This document shows positions 46,444 to 55,259 of a stretch of 64,000 bases of DNA, piece by piece. Numbering within the stretch: the first letter of the stretch is position 1; each line of letters opens with the position of its first letter. Source of the stretch: a virus; IMG/VR virus record IMGVR_UViG_3300042884_001293, positions 16,033 to 80,032 of that record, one strand, 5' to 3'. A program made the translations under genes and the position numbers. Under the pieces are notes generated by a model, which was not told the DNA's origin, ran no database searches, and saw only the letters and a program-made list of their open reading frames with translations.

Positions 46444-46472
46444 TTGACAAAACCTATAGGTCGATCAATAAT
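46444..46472 (+). promoter_or_regulatory. near-consensus sigma70-type promoter with a palindrome in the spacer
   Basis: TTGACA - 17 nt - AATAAT; 10-bp palindrome acctataggt within the spacer. Confidence 0.5.
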
Positions 46473-46503
46473 AGGTTATTGAGTTAAACAAAGGAACAAA
46501 GCA

Positions 46504-47178
46504 ATGCTACTAGGTAATCTTGATCTTGAATGCGGCGAAGACCCTTCGTGGTCTGTGTCAACAGATATTTTTGTTGACGAGGATAGTCTGAAGATCTCCA
46601 ATATTCCATATACCATCAACGAAGAGGGGGTATATCAACTCCTTGCTTTGTTAGAGGATCACGGGATTGAGCCCGTCGAAGCGTTTGAAGATTGGCAAGA
46701 AGGCTGCATGGAATTGTCCTTTCATGTAGCTCCAATTCTTTCGGGAGTTGACGCTACACAGGGTCAACTCTTGGAAAAAGCAATCTCCACAACTGTTAAA
46801 TGCTGGGAAGACGAGTTCGGAAACGACAAGCTAGATCCCGCCTCGTCTGACTGGGTTGACGAGACATACATTGAGGGGATAGAGGAAACCCCTCTGATCA
46901 GGGAGCGCTTTAATATTGAAGTGCTTCTAAAAATAGGCACAGATGATGCCTTGTCAGCTTATTATTGGGAGTTTTTAAAGGAAAGGGTTACTATCCAAGA
47001 AGTGTGGATCGCCGATCACTATCCATCGGATGGCAATATCCCATTGACAGTTCATTTTATGTCTGATGGATCTGCTATCGTTTTGAATCCTCTAACAGGG
47101 GATGAATTTTATCCAACTGTTAGAGGATTTAATGAAGCTTACGCTGAATTTGATTACGATTGGAAAGTAGATGCCTAG
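46504..47178 (+). CDS. hypothetical acidic protein
   Basis: 224-aa ORF with aaagga RBS. Confidence 0.5.
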   Translation: MLLGNLDLECGEDPSWSVSTDIFVDEDSLKISNIPYTINEEGVYQLLALLEDHGIEPVEAFEDWQEGCMELSFHVAPILSGVDATQGQLLEKAISTTVKCWEDEFGNDKLDPASSDWVDETYIEGIEETPLIRERFNIEVLLKIGTDDALSAYYWEFLKERVTIQEVWIADHYPSDGNIPLTVHFMSDGSAIVLNPLTGDEFYPTVRGFNEAYAEFDYDWKVDA

Positions 47179-47485
47179 AGGAGGCAACCATGGAGGCGGT
47201 AGACCTAAGAAACCGCCCGAAATAAAGGCTAAGACATATTCCTACTGTTTTAGCCCAATCTTAGGAGATGCGATCGCCGCTATTGGTGACAACGCATCGC
47301 AGTCAATCCAAGCAATTGTGCTTAAGCATTTTGGGATTACTCCCTTGCAATGGGAGATATACACAACTTGGATCGAGTGCGATCGCAAGGTCATCGCAAC
47401 AGCCGAAAAGCTAGGGCGCGATCCTGAGAACATCAGGCAAGTCGTTGCAAAGGTTGAACGGAAATTAGAGCAGGGCAAGAGTTGA
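47171..47485 (+). CDS. small DNA-binding protein (sigma-70 region 4-like HTH, tentative)
   Basis: PRGGNHGGGRPKK N-terminus; ITPLQWEIYTTWIECDRKVIATAEKLGRDPENIRQVVAKVERKL. Confidence 0.45.
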   Translation: MPRGGNHGGGRPKKPPEIKAKTYSYCFSPILGDAIAAIGDNASQSIQAIVLKHFGITPLQWEIYTTWIECDRKVIATAEKLGRDPENIRQVVAKVERKLEQGKS

Positions 47486-47525
47486 GGAAAATTGAGCGCG
47501 AGATTAAAAAATTACAGGTGAAATC

Positions 47526-47867
47526 ATGAAGCATGAATCTTTATTGCTGGACGAGCAAAAGTGTAAACTCCTTACACAAGATGAGCAAAATCAAATTATG
47601 AGTGATTTGATTGAGTATTTAGAGTCGCTAGATCCTAGTGACTATTCGTTTCATGGCGAAAACGAGTATGGTTTCCAGATGTCAATTAGTGAATGTAGAG
47701 GCTATAGATTCTCTATTGATCTTTGCTGGGATAGTAAAAACTTATGGTGCTATCGGAATTTTGGATATGTACATCCTAATTTAGCAACTGTCTCTGGTGA
47801 ATTGAGGAATGCGCTTATTAACAGACTTGGCGCAATAGCTATGAAATGGTGCGGAGTGAAATCATGA
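47526..47867 (+). CDS. hypothetical protein
   Basis: 113-aa ORF. Confidence 0.5.
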   Translation: MKHESLLLDEQKCKLLTQDEQNQIMSDLIEYLESLDPSDYSFHGENEYGFQMSISECRGYRFSIDLCWDSKNLWCYRNFGYVHPNLATVSGELRNALINRLGAIAMKWCGVKS

Positions 47868-48088
47868 GTAATCCAATTCTTAGAGGTGTCGCACTATCCA
47901 CTGAGTTTTATAGAAGCCACCGACTTGAAAACTATAAAACTGATGAAGGGCAAGCTATCAGAGTACTTGACTGCCTGAGCAGAACACAATTTGTTAGCTA
48001 CAGCGCTGATCTGCAAATAGCGCTTGCAGAGGCTAAATCTCACATCGATCAAGAACTTGAAGGAAGCACAGACGAAATCCCATTCTAA
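47864..48088 (+). CDS. hypothetical protein
   Basis: ATGA overlap; 74 aa. Confidence 0.45.
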   Translation: MSNPILRGVALSTEFYRSHRLENYKTDEGQAIRVLDCLSRTQFVSYSADLQIALAEAKSHIDQELEGSTDEIPF

Positions 48089-48236
48089 AAAATAATGACA
48101 CATCAAGAATTTATCTCTCTCGTTGCATAGAGAAATATCTATGCTTTGCGGGTTGGGATTTGTAAATTAATGGTTTATTTGTGTACAATCGTACTATACT
48201 TATTAGGTAATCAAGTTTAGGTAAACAAAAAAAGCG

Positions 48237-48500
48237 ATGGGCAAAGCAGCTACACACAGCCAAGTTAAGGCTTATATCCCTCCTGACAAACACCGTAACG
48301 CCCGAATTGCGTCTGAGGTTTTGGGAGAAACGATTAACGACACTATCGAAGCAGCGATCGATAATTTGATTGCTAGAGCAAATATTAAAGGTTTGGCGAT
48401 CGCTACTGAACAGCCAGTAGAAAAACTGCAATCAATGGAAAATTTGCGTAAAGCATTAGGTAATGGTGAGATGACAAAAGCTAAGGAGCGTGTAGCGTGA
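48237..48500 (+). CDS. ribbon-helix-helix-like protein
   Basis: SQVKAYIPPDKHRNARIASEVLGETINDTIEAAIDNLI resembles CopG/Arc RHH. Confidence 0.5.
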   Translation: MGKAATHSQVKAYIPPDKHRNARIASEVLGETINDTIEAAIDNLIARANIKGLAIATEQPVEKLQSMENLRKALGNGEMTKAKERVA

Positions 48501-48775
48501 GTAATTTACAAGAGCTAGAGGGAGGAACTATCATTAATGACAGGAATTGCCTTAACTGCAAGCATCTTGTCGCCAATGATGACACTGATACATGGTTGCG
48601 AGTTGGAGAAATAAGCTACTACTGCAACAACGAACATGTATATATTAATCCTGACGATTTAGATGATGGCTATCTAGATCCTGATCGCATGGAAGATTAT
48701 GCTGAGAATTGCATGGGATTTGAAGAGAATGACGAATTACAGGCGATCGCTAAGTCTGATGAGGTGGCGGCGTGA
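48497..48775 (+). CDS. small Cys-containing acidic protein
   Basis: 92 aa; CLNC...YYCNNEH. Confidence 0.45.
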   Translation: MSNLQELEGGTIINDRNCLNCKHLVANDDTDTWLRVGEISYYCNNEHVYINPDDLDDGYLDPDRMEDYAENCMGFEENDELQAIAKSDEVAA

Positions 48776-49284
48776 TATTTATTCAATTTTGCCACGATGA
48801 AGAGCTAAATCTTTTAATCCCGTATGAATATCAAAAAGGGATTCTTTCAACAGAACGAATGAAGGAGATCGCCATCGGTCTTTTAAAGTTATCAGAAACT
48901 CTTACCAATGAAGAGATCGATCAAATTAATCAGCGAGATAAAGCTGAGCAGATCGCCATTTTAAAACAGCAACATCAAGAGTTTTTGAGGCTTCCAAAAG
49001 GTAGAAAAGCTAAATCTGGCGTGGTGTATCTTCTTCAAGCCAAAGATACTAATCGTTATAAGATTGGCTGCACGACTAATTTAAAAACCAGATTGAACTC
49101 GTTAAGGACTAAAAACCCTTATGAGTTAGAAGTCATTCATACAATATCTTCTAATGATATTGAAGCGCTTGAAAAAGCTGCTCACGATCAATTCGCTCAA
49201 TACAGAACTCATTCAGAATGGTTTGAGTTAACTGAAGGGGCAGTCATGGAATTTTGTAGCTACACAGAAGAAATCACAGCATGA
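48772..49284 (+). CDS. T5orf172 / GIY-YIG-like domain protein
   Basis: GVVYLLQAKDTNRYKIGCTTNLKTRLNSL...HSEWFEL. Confidence 0.7.
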   Translation: MIFIQFCHDEELNLLIPYEYQKGILSTERMKEIAIGLLKLSETLTNEEIDQINQRDKAEQIAILKQQHQEFLRLPKGRKAKSGVVYLLQAKDTNRYKIGCTTNLKTRLNSLRTKNPYELEVIHTISSNDIEALEKAAHDQFAQYRTHSEWFELTEGAVMEFCSYTEEITA

Positions 49285-50351
49285 GCAACAAGTATCTTTT
49301 CAATGAAGAGCCTAAGAGCTTTTCCCCAACAATCGCTAAAGCTTTGTGTAGTGTTTCTAAGGCTGTAATCATGCAGCAAGTCCATTTTTGGCTACACGTT
49401 TACACAAAAAAAGCTGACCAAAGACACTTTTTTGATGGCTATTACTGGGTTTTTAATAGCTATACCGAATGGCACAAGGACTTGGACTTCATCCCATTTG
49501 CAACGATGAAACGGCAGATCCTTGAACTAGAAAAAAATGGCTTGCTTATCTCCAGTGAATTTAACAAAAATCGTGGCGATCGCACTAAGTGGTATCGCAT
49601 CAACTATGAACAGCTAACCCTTTTGACAACAGGAGTTGAGCTTAATCGTCTAGTTCAAAATGAACCACCATCGGATCATTTTGAACCACCATCGGATCAT
49701 TTTGAACCACCATCGGATCATTTTGAACCACCATCGGATCATTTTGAACCACCATCGGATCATTTTGATCCGCTCTATATACAAAGTGATCATCAATGTG
49801 ATCAGCTAATTGATCAACAAAAAAAAGAAAGCGATTTTTTTGAAAATTCATATTCTGAACAAAAAACAGATCCCATCTCGGATCTCAGTAAACCTGAATC
49901 CAAGGATCTTGAAAAGACCCCCCCCATAGCCCCCCCCACGCCGCGAAATTATGCTCAAGAGATGACCGATCGCTTTAGCAACAAAACAAATCGGTTTGCC
50001 CCAAAGGGTTTAGACTTGCAAGGTTTTGCCGATTGGCATTTAGGCGGTAAGCGTAATAACTGGCATTTAGATTTGATTGCTGTTGCCAAAGTCCACCTTA
50101 AGAAACACGAAAAGCCCTTTGGTGATGGTGACGCAATTAATTTTATTAACGCAATTTGCTTTAAAGAAGACTGGGCAAAATTTGAACTTTTTGCGGATCA
50201 AGCTACAGCCCGTCACCAAAAAGAACAATCCCAACAACAGCGATCGCAACAGCAACCCGCCCCGATCGCAGTGCAAGAACCCGAAATCATCGCACCAATA
50301 CCAAGCATGGCAAGAGAATACGCCGCCAAATTAGCTAGGAAAGCATCATGA
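49281..50351 (+). CDS. replication initiator / replisome organiser (by position and wHTH-like N-terminus)
   Basis: Immediately upstream of and overlapping dnaB. Contains EPPSDHF x5, encoded by five 21-bp iterons. Confidence 0.55.
   Translation: MSNKYLFNEEPKSFSPTIAKALCSVSKAVIMQQVHFWLHVYTKKADQRHFFDGYYWVFNSYTEWHKDLDFIPFATMKRQILELEKNGLLISSEFNKNRGDRTKWYRINYEQLTLLTTGVELNRLVQNEPPSDHFEPPSDHFEPPSDHFEPPSDHFEPPSDHFDPLYIQSDHQCDQLIDQQKKESDFFENSYSEQKTDPISDLSKPESKDLEKTPPIAPPTPRNYAQEMTDRFSNKTNRFAPKGLDLQGFADWHLGGKRNNWHLDLIAVAKVHLKKHEKPFGDGDAINFINAICFKEDWAKFELFADQATARHQKEQSQQQRSQQQPAPIAVQEPEIIAPIPSMAREYAAKLARKAS
49662..49766. repeat. five perfect 21-bp direct repeats (candidate origin iterons)
   Basis: gaaccaccatcggatcatttt x5, each carrying one GATC. 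Confidence 0.95.
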
Positions 50352-51706
50352 AAGATCTATCAACTGGTGAAAGTCTATGCTCAGCCGTAGCAGAAAATAT
50401 CGTCATTGCCACAGTATTAAGCTCTCAGGACGTGATTAAGGCTGTCACCCCTATACTGACTAGCGAGATGTTTTACACAGCCCTTCACGGTCAAATTTTT
50501 GATACCTGCGTAGAGTTATTTAATTCAGGTGGTTATATCAGTCCTGATTCCGTGTATCAACACATGGCAACCAAGCGCGAAATGAAAGGTTTACCGCCAA
50601 ATCTAAGCGATCGCGCCGCTATTTTTGCACTGTACGAGAATCATTTACCATCCCCTAGCATTGTTGAATATGCCGAGCTAATCCGAGAAAAGTATAAATC
50701 TCGAAAGTATCGCGACTTTTGCCGAGAGGCTCAAGGCATTTTTCAAGAGCGTGAATTTGCGGACTCACTCTCGTGGTTTGAGCAAAAGCTCGTAGAATTT
50801 CGGGCTTTGCAAGGTGATGAGAGTCACACCCGCTTAATGTTTGATGTCATGGGAGAAGAGTTTATAAACTTAACCAAGATCGCAGAGGCTAGGGAAACAG
50901 GCAATATTCACGAATCGATCCTGCCGACTGGATTCAAAGATCTTGATTACTTGCTATCAGGTGGACTACCAAGGCAAAGACTTGTAACGATACTTGGTAG
51001 CACTGGCATGGGTAAAACTACCGTACTACTTGAGCTACTGACTTACACTTCTTACGTGATGAGACAGCCATCATTGTTCTTTTCTCTTGAGATGAGTAGC
51101 TCAGCACAAGCTCAAAAACTGTTTTCTAAACATGCTCAAATCAGTACAGGATCGCTGCAAAACGGTCGCATTAAGCCTGAAGAATGGGGCGTATTAATGG
51201 AAGCTCAAGAGAACTATTCGGGCTTACCTATGAAGGTTAACGATCGCGCCCGAAAGATTGAAGATATTGTCTCTATTGCAAGACAGTTTTATGCTGAGCA
51301 TGGCTCTATTGGGATGATTGGGATTGACTACTTAACATTGGTTCGTACAAATCAAAACATGCTAACTAGAGAGCGTGTAGATTATGTGTTAGAAGAGCTT
51401 AATCAACTCAAAAAAGAGTTAGATACTCGCATCGTAGTTTTATGCCAAATTGGGCGCGATACTAAGCAATCAGGAGATAAGCGCCCAACGATTTATAGCG
51501 CCAAGGAATCAGGTGGAGTAGAAGAAGCTAGCGATCTAATGATTGGCTGCTATAGAGATGAATACTACAACAAAGACACAGTAGACACAGGCATTTTAGA
51601 GTTAATCACTTTAAAGAATCGCTATGGCAGAACGGGTACGGTCAAACTGATTTGGGACGGTGCTAACTCTACAGTTTCTAACCTGAGGGCAAATCATGGA
51701 TACTAA
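50348..51706 (+). CDS. dnaB: replicative DNA helicase DnaB
   Basis: PTGFKDLDYLLSGGLPRQRLVTILGSTGMGKTT Walker A context, LELITLKNRYG C-terminus; 452 aa, no intein. Confidence 0.9.
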   Translation: MKDLSTGESLCSAVAENIVIATVLSSQDVIKAVTPILTSEMFYTALHGQIFDTCVELFNSGGYISPDSVYQHMATKREMKGLPPNLSDRAAIFALYENHLPSPSIVEYAELIREKYKSRKYRDFCREAQGIFQEREFADSLSWFEQKLVEFRALQGDESHTRLMFDVMGEEFINLTKIAEARETGNIHESILPTGFKDLDYLLSGGLPRQRLVTILGSTGMGKTTVLLELLTYTSYVMRQPSLFFSLEMSSSAQAQKLFSKHAQISTGSLQNGRIKPEEWGVLMEAQENYSGLPMKVNDRARKIEDIVSIARQFYAEHGSIGMIGIDYLTLVRTNQNMLTRERVDYVLEELNQLKKELDTRIVVLCQIGRDTKQSGDKRPTIYSAKESGGVEEASDLMIGCYRDEYYNKDTVDTGILELITLKNRYGRTGTVKLIWDGANSTVSNLRANHGY

Positions 51707-52139
51707 CACTCTATCCCCTGACTTCTCACAGTTCATCATTGCCAAACAGACAGAATTGGGACTAATCGCCGCCTTTATTGGCAAAGATGAATCACAAAAA
51801 ATCCTAACAACAGCTCTGCAAGAGATAGGCGAAATATCGCCGCCTGTGGTGACTACAACCGCGATGATTAAAGATCCTTACGACTATATTTTATTGGCTG
51901 GAAAGCTGGTAGAAAAGCGTAAAGGATTAGTGAATCAGCGCAAAGATTTAGATAACGAACTCAAGCAACATCTAACTTCACTTGAAGCAAAACTAGGGGA
52001 AATACCAGTAAGCGATCGCCTTGCTGCTTGGCTCTCTAAATACAAGTTGAGAACTGGCTCTGAGGTTGAGACTGTTTCCCAGATTACAGATATCACCACG
52101 ATTGAAAAATTAATTAGCTCTTTAAAATCTTTACTATGA
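51696..52139 (+). CDS. hypothetical protein
   Basis: 147-aa ORF overlapping dnaB by 11 nt. Confidence 0.5.
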   Translation: MDTNTLSPDFSQFIIAKQTELGLIAAFIGKDESQKILTTALQEIGEISPPVVTTTAMIKDPYDYILLAGKLVEKRKGLVNQRKDLDNELKQHLTSLEAKLGEIPVSDRLAAWLSKYKLRTGSEVETVSQITDITTIEKLISSLKSLL

Positions 52140-53026
52140 AATCAGTAACCAGCGTATCAGGCGGCAAAACATCGGCAATGATGGCTTTAGAGTTTCCGAC
52201 AGATCACTACATTTTTGCTGTAGTGCTTACAGATCATCAGCCATCCGCACCAAAGGATAAAGGCTTATTGCGTGAGTGTCAAAATCGCATCCCTTGGTTT
52301 GTTGCCAGCCATGAAGCAGATCTAACTTTGCTTAATATGTTGCGATTGGAGCAAGAGTTAGGTAAGCGCATAGACTGGGTAGCAAGCCAATACAGCCTAG
52401 ATCGGTATCTTGCCAAAGATACCGATCTGGTGGGATATAGAAGCAACACGATCGCATCTAAAGGTTCTTTAGATGCGATCGTTGAGAAAAAGAATATGCT
52501 CCCAAACGCAAAACATAGGTTTTGTACTGTAGAAACTAAATTAGTCCCTATGTTCTGGCATTGCTATCTAAATTACTTTGATGGCGAAACACCTCTATTA
52601 ATGAACGTGGGTTTTAGGTGGGACGAACCGCAAAGAGTAGAGGGATGGACTTGCGACAAGGATAAGTTTAAGTTTCCTAAATCATGCTCACTTACTGGCA
52701 GAAAACAACAACAGCACAGCTTGGTTGAATGGCGCGTTACTCAATTCCCTATGCACGAGCATGGTATTTCTAAACTTGATGTGGCTAAATATTGGCTTGA
52801 TAAAGGATGGCAATTCCCAGAAATTTCTAATTGTCGCTTTTGCTTTCACCATCGCGATATTGAGCAGCAAAGGCAAGCGGAGCTAGAGCCTGAAAACTTG
52901 CAATGGTGGTTAGAGCAAGAAGATAAAACAGGTCACACATTTGGCAACCGACCATTAAAAACCATTCTTACTCAGCCATTGCTTGATGTTTACGGCGATC
53001 GCGAACCTTGTCACTGTACCGATTAA
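52136..53026 (+). CDS. PP-loop / PAPS reductase-like protein (second copy of the fold)
   Basis: VSGGKTSAMMAL, HRFCTVETKLVP, VGFRWDEPQR, and C-terminal CRFC. Confidence 0.55.
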   Translation: MKSVTSVSGGKTSAMMALEFPTDHYIFAVVLTDHQPSAPKDKGLLRECQNRIPWFVASHEADLTLLNMLRLEQELGKRIDWVASQYSLDRYLAKDTDLVGYRSNTIASKGSLDAIVEKKNMLPNAKHRFCTVETKLVPMFWHCYLNYFDGETPLLMNVGFRWDEPQRVEGWTCDKDKFKFPKSCSLTGRKQQQHSLVEWRVTQFPMHEHGISKLDVAKYWLDKGWQFPEISNCRFCFHHRDIEQQRQAELEPENLQWWLEQEDKTGHTFGNRPLKTILTQPLLDVYGDREPCHCTD

Positions 53027-53043
53027 AATTTACTAATAAAACC

Positions 53044-54204
53044 ATGAATAAACTCCCCATCTGCATCCCCTCTATCCCATCCCCTGATACCAGCCCCGCA
53101 ATATGGCGACAAGTTGCGCCGATCCTAAGTGCGATCGCGGAACATGAGCAAAGGCGCAAGCTCAAAGATGATCGCGCTATTGCCACTAATGCGTTATTCG
53201 TAGCTCGGTATTTGGTGTATAAAAATCAGTGGTCTAGCCTATGGCAGTCGCTATTAGATCGCAACGTTTTGCATATTGGTGACGCGCCAAAATTACAACC
53301 GCCAAAAGCTAGACCAGAACCAGAGTTAGAAGCGATCGCAGCTCCACCGCCAAAACCGAAAAGCGATCGCCCAAAGACAAAGCCTCCCAAGAATGTTGCA
53401 AAGCCGAAAGCCAAAAAGCAACGTAAGCGGATTCGTAACCGCGAAAGGCTAACAGATCGCAAATCACCAACGTACTTATATGTTTTTGCGTGTTTAAAGC
53501 CTTGTTTGAGTGGTTTGCTATCAATCCTGAATCTATACAGCTTTTTTGCCTACAGCGCCCCGTTATGCCCACGACAAAAACCACCGATCCGCGATCGCCC
53601 CGATGGTCAGCGTATAAAAGCTTTGCTTGCTTATAAGGCTAGCGGCGGTGAATATGCAAGCCTAAAAGTGTATCTACCATCGCTCAAAAAACGGTATAGG
53701 ATGCACCCTGATGTTTCTAAATTGCTACTTGATTGGAGTAATCCAAAACGCACACGCACCCGCAAGAAAGTTGAATCAGACAAACAGAAGGGAGTCGCTA
53801 AACGGATTATCTCGACTGAGCAGATTAACTCAGTGCTTACCGATAAATGGCAGGATGCTGTAACAATTGCTTACAAGCTGAACGAGCTGCTAGGCGAGAA
53901 TATTGAGCTAAGAAAATTATCCAAACTTCTCTACAATCGCTCTGTAGCAGGGGAAATCCATCGCTACAATCGTGATCATCGTGAGATTTCTTTCTTCTCA
54001 CGGGTGCAAGCAACAGAATTTGAGAACGAATGGATGACGCTAGAGATGGCTTATCAGCTTGCAATATCTAGAGGGTGTCCATTTGCTAGGAATACCTTTA
54101 GGAAAACCCACAGATTCGATTACAGCGCTTACGGATTAGAGTTCCGCAAAGCCGCCCCTGATAACGAGTGCAGTCTGCTACGGTATCGCGATATTCAGTC
54201 ATAG
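53044..54204 (+). CDS. hypothetical protein with Lys/Pro-rich linker
   Basis: ATG 53044; PPPKPKSDRPKTKPPKNVAKPKAKKQRK segment. Confidence 0.5.
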   Translation: MNKLPICIPSIPSPDTSPAIWRQVAPILSAIAEHEQRRKLKDDRAIATNALFVARYLVYKNQWSSLWQSLLDRNVLHIGDAPKLQPPKARPEPELEAIAAPPPKPKSDRPKTKPPKNVAKPKAKKQRKRIRNRERLTDRKSPTYLYVFACLKPCLSGLLSILNLYSFFAYSAPLCPRQKPPIRDRPDGQRIKALLAYKASGGEYASLKVYLPSLKKRYRMHPDVSKLLLDWSNPKRTRTRKKVESDKQKGVAKRIISTEQINSVLTDKWQDAVTIAYKLNELLGENIELRKLSKLLYNRSVAGEIHRYNRDHREISFFSRVQATEFENEWMTLEMAYQLAISRGCPFARNTFRKTHRFDYSAYGLEFRKAAPDNECSLLRYRDIQS

Positions 54205-54435
54205 ATTTTAGTCTATGCTTTGCGGGTTTATTGTGGCGGATAGTTATGATTAGGGTATTGTATGTTTGTAAGGTTTGTACTACTATGTAAACAGTTAGAT
54301 GACGGATCAAACATTATTAAATTTGAGGGCAAAGCATATGTAATCGGGTAGCAATACCCATCCTCTCACAAAGGATTATCACCTGCGATCAAGTTGTGAG
54401 CGCGATCGCATTATTAAATTATTTGGAGAGAGATA

Positions 54436-54729
54436 ATGGAAGGATTATCGCTAAGCCTATGTATTCGCGACATTATCAGAGACAAAATTGATCCTGAATC
54501 AGTTACTAGAATTGTCTGTTCTTGCCGACCCAACACTGATAATTCTAGTAATTTCTGCCCTGATTCATGGGCATCAATCCTTGAGAGTTATGAGCGTAAT
54601 TACTGGTATGACTTTCAGGAAGAAGCTAGAGAGCTAGCGTGGAAATATCTTAATGAAGGAAAGATTGATTTCCCTAGATTACGTGGTGAAGCTATGCCAT
54701 CTATTGCTCATGGGCATTGGGTAAAGTAA
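54436..54729 (+). CDS. hypothetical protein
   Basis: 97-aa ORF after ggagagag RBS. Confidence 0.5.
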   Translation: MEGLSLSLCIRDIIRDKIDPESVTRIVCSCRPNTDNSSNFCPDSWASILESYERNYWYDFQEEARELAWKYLNEGKIDFPRLRGEAMPSIAHGHWVK

Positions 54730-55005
54730 ATGATTGTAGCAGAATACATCACAATCTCAGAGTTCCGTAAAGCCCCTACTCGCATATGTCGTCCCGTGGT
54801 GGCTGGTAAAAAAGAATATATCGTAACCTCTAACCAGTTGGCTATATTCACGATTGTTAAAGCTAAATCTGATACTCAAGATAAACAGATTGGAATTGAC
54901 GCGATGCGTAAAAGCTTATTTGACTTCCAGAATTTATTAGAAGAGTATGGCGCTGTAACTTTGACAGCGTATGGCAAACCACTTGTTAGGTGTGTGAAAT
55001 TATGA
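54730..55005 (+). CDS. hypothetical protein (weak Phd/YefM-like N-terminus)
   Basis: ITISEFRKAP...IVTSNQLAIFTIV. Confidence 0.3.
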   Translation: MIVAEYITISEFRKAPTRICRPVVAGKKEYIVTSNQLAIFTIVKAKSDTQDKQIGIDAMRKSLFDFQNLLEEYGAVTLTAYGKPLVRCVKL

Positions 55006-55226
55006 CGGTCAGAAATATTATTATGAACGCACAAATCAGACAAGACGCGATCGCAGGTACAGAACAAGCCATCGATAAGCTTGTAGAGTCGGTACGCGAT
55101 CGCATGGCAGTTCACGGTATTGGTAAAGCTGTAGTTGATCGCCAAATTAATCAGGACTTGGCGGCGTATCGGATGTTGAAAGATGAATGGAAGGAGTTGA
55201 GTTACAGAATGCATGGCGAGAATTGA
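55002..55226 (+). CDS. hypothetical protein
   Basis: ATGA overlap; 74 aa. Confidence 0.4.
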   Translation: MTVRNIIMNAQIRQDAIAGTEQAIDKLVESVRDRMAVHGIGKAVVDRQINQDLAAYRMLKDEWKELSYRMHGEN

Positions 55227-55259
55227 ATCAGCGTTGTAGTTTGTGGAAGGTGTGGAATC

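Noticed and set aside
48111-48431. 106-aa minus-strand ORF.
   Set aside because: It overlaps a promoter-like intergenic region and the RHH gene on the opposite strand. Its product is compositionally odd and it has no partner genes on that strand.
49662-49766. Possible CRISPR array for the nearby cas-like genes.
   Set aside because: The 21-bp units are directly tandem with no spacers, lie in frame inside a coding gene (EPPSDHF x5) and sit 3.3 kb from the cas-like operon. They fit iterons or a linker repeat, not CRISPR.
54730-55226. Phd/YefM-type toxin-antitoxin pair.
   Set aside because: There is only a vague N-terminal resemblance in the first gene, and the second product shows no toxin family motif.
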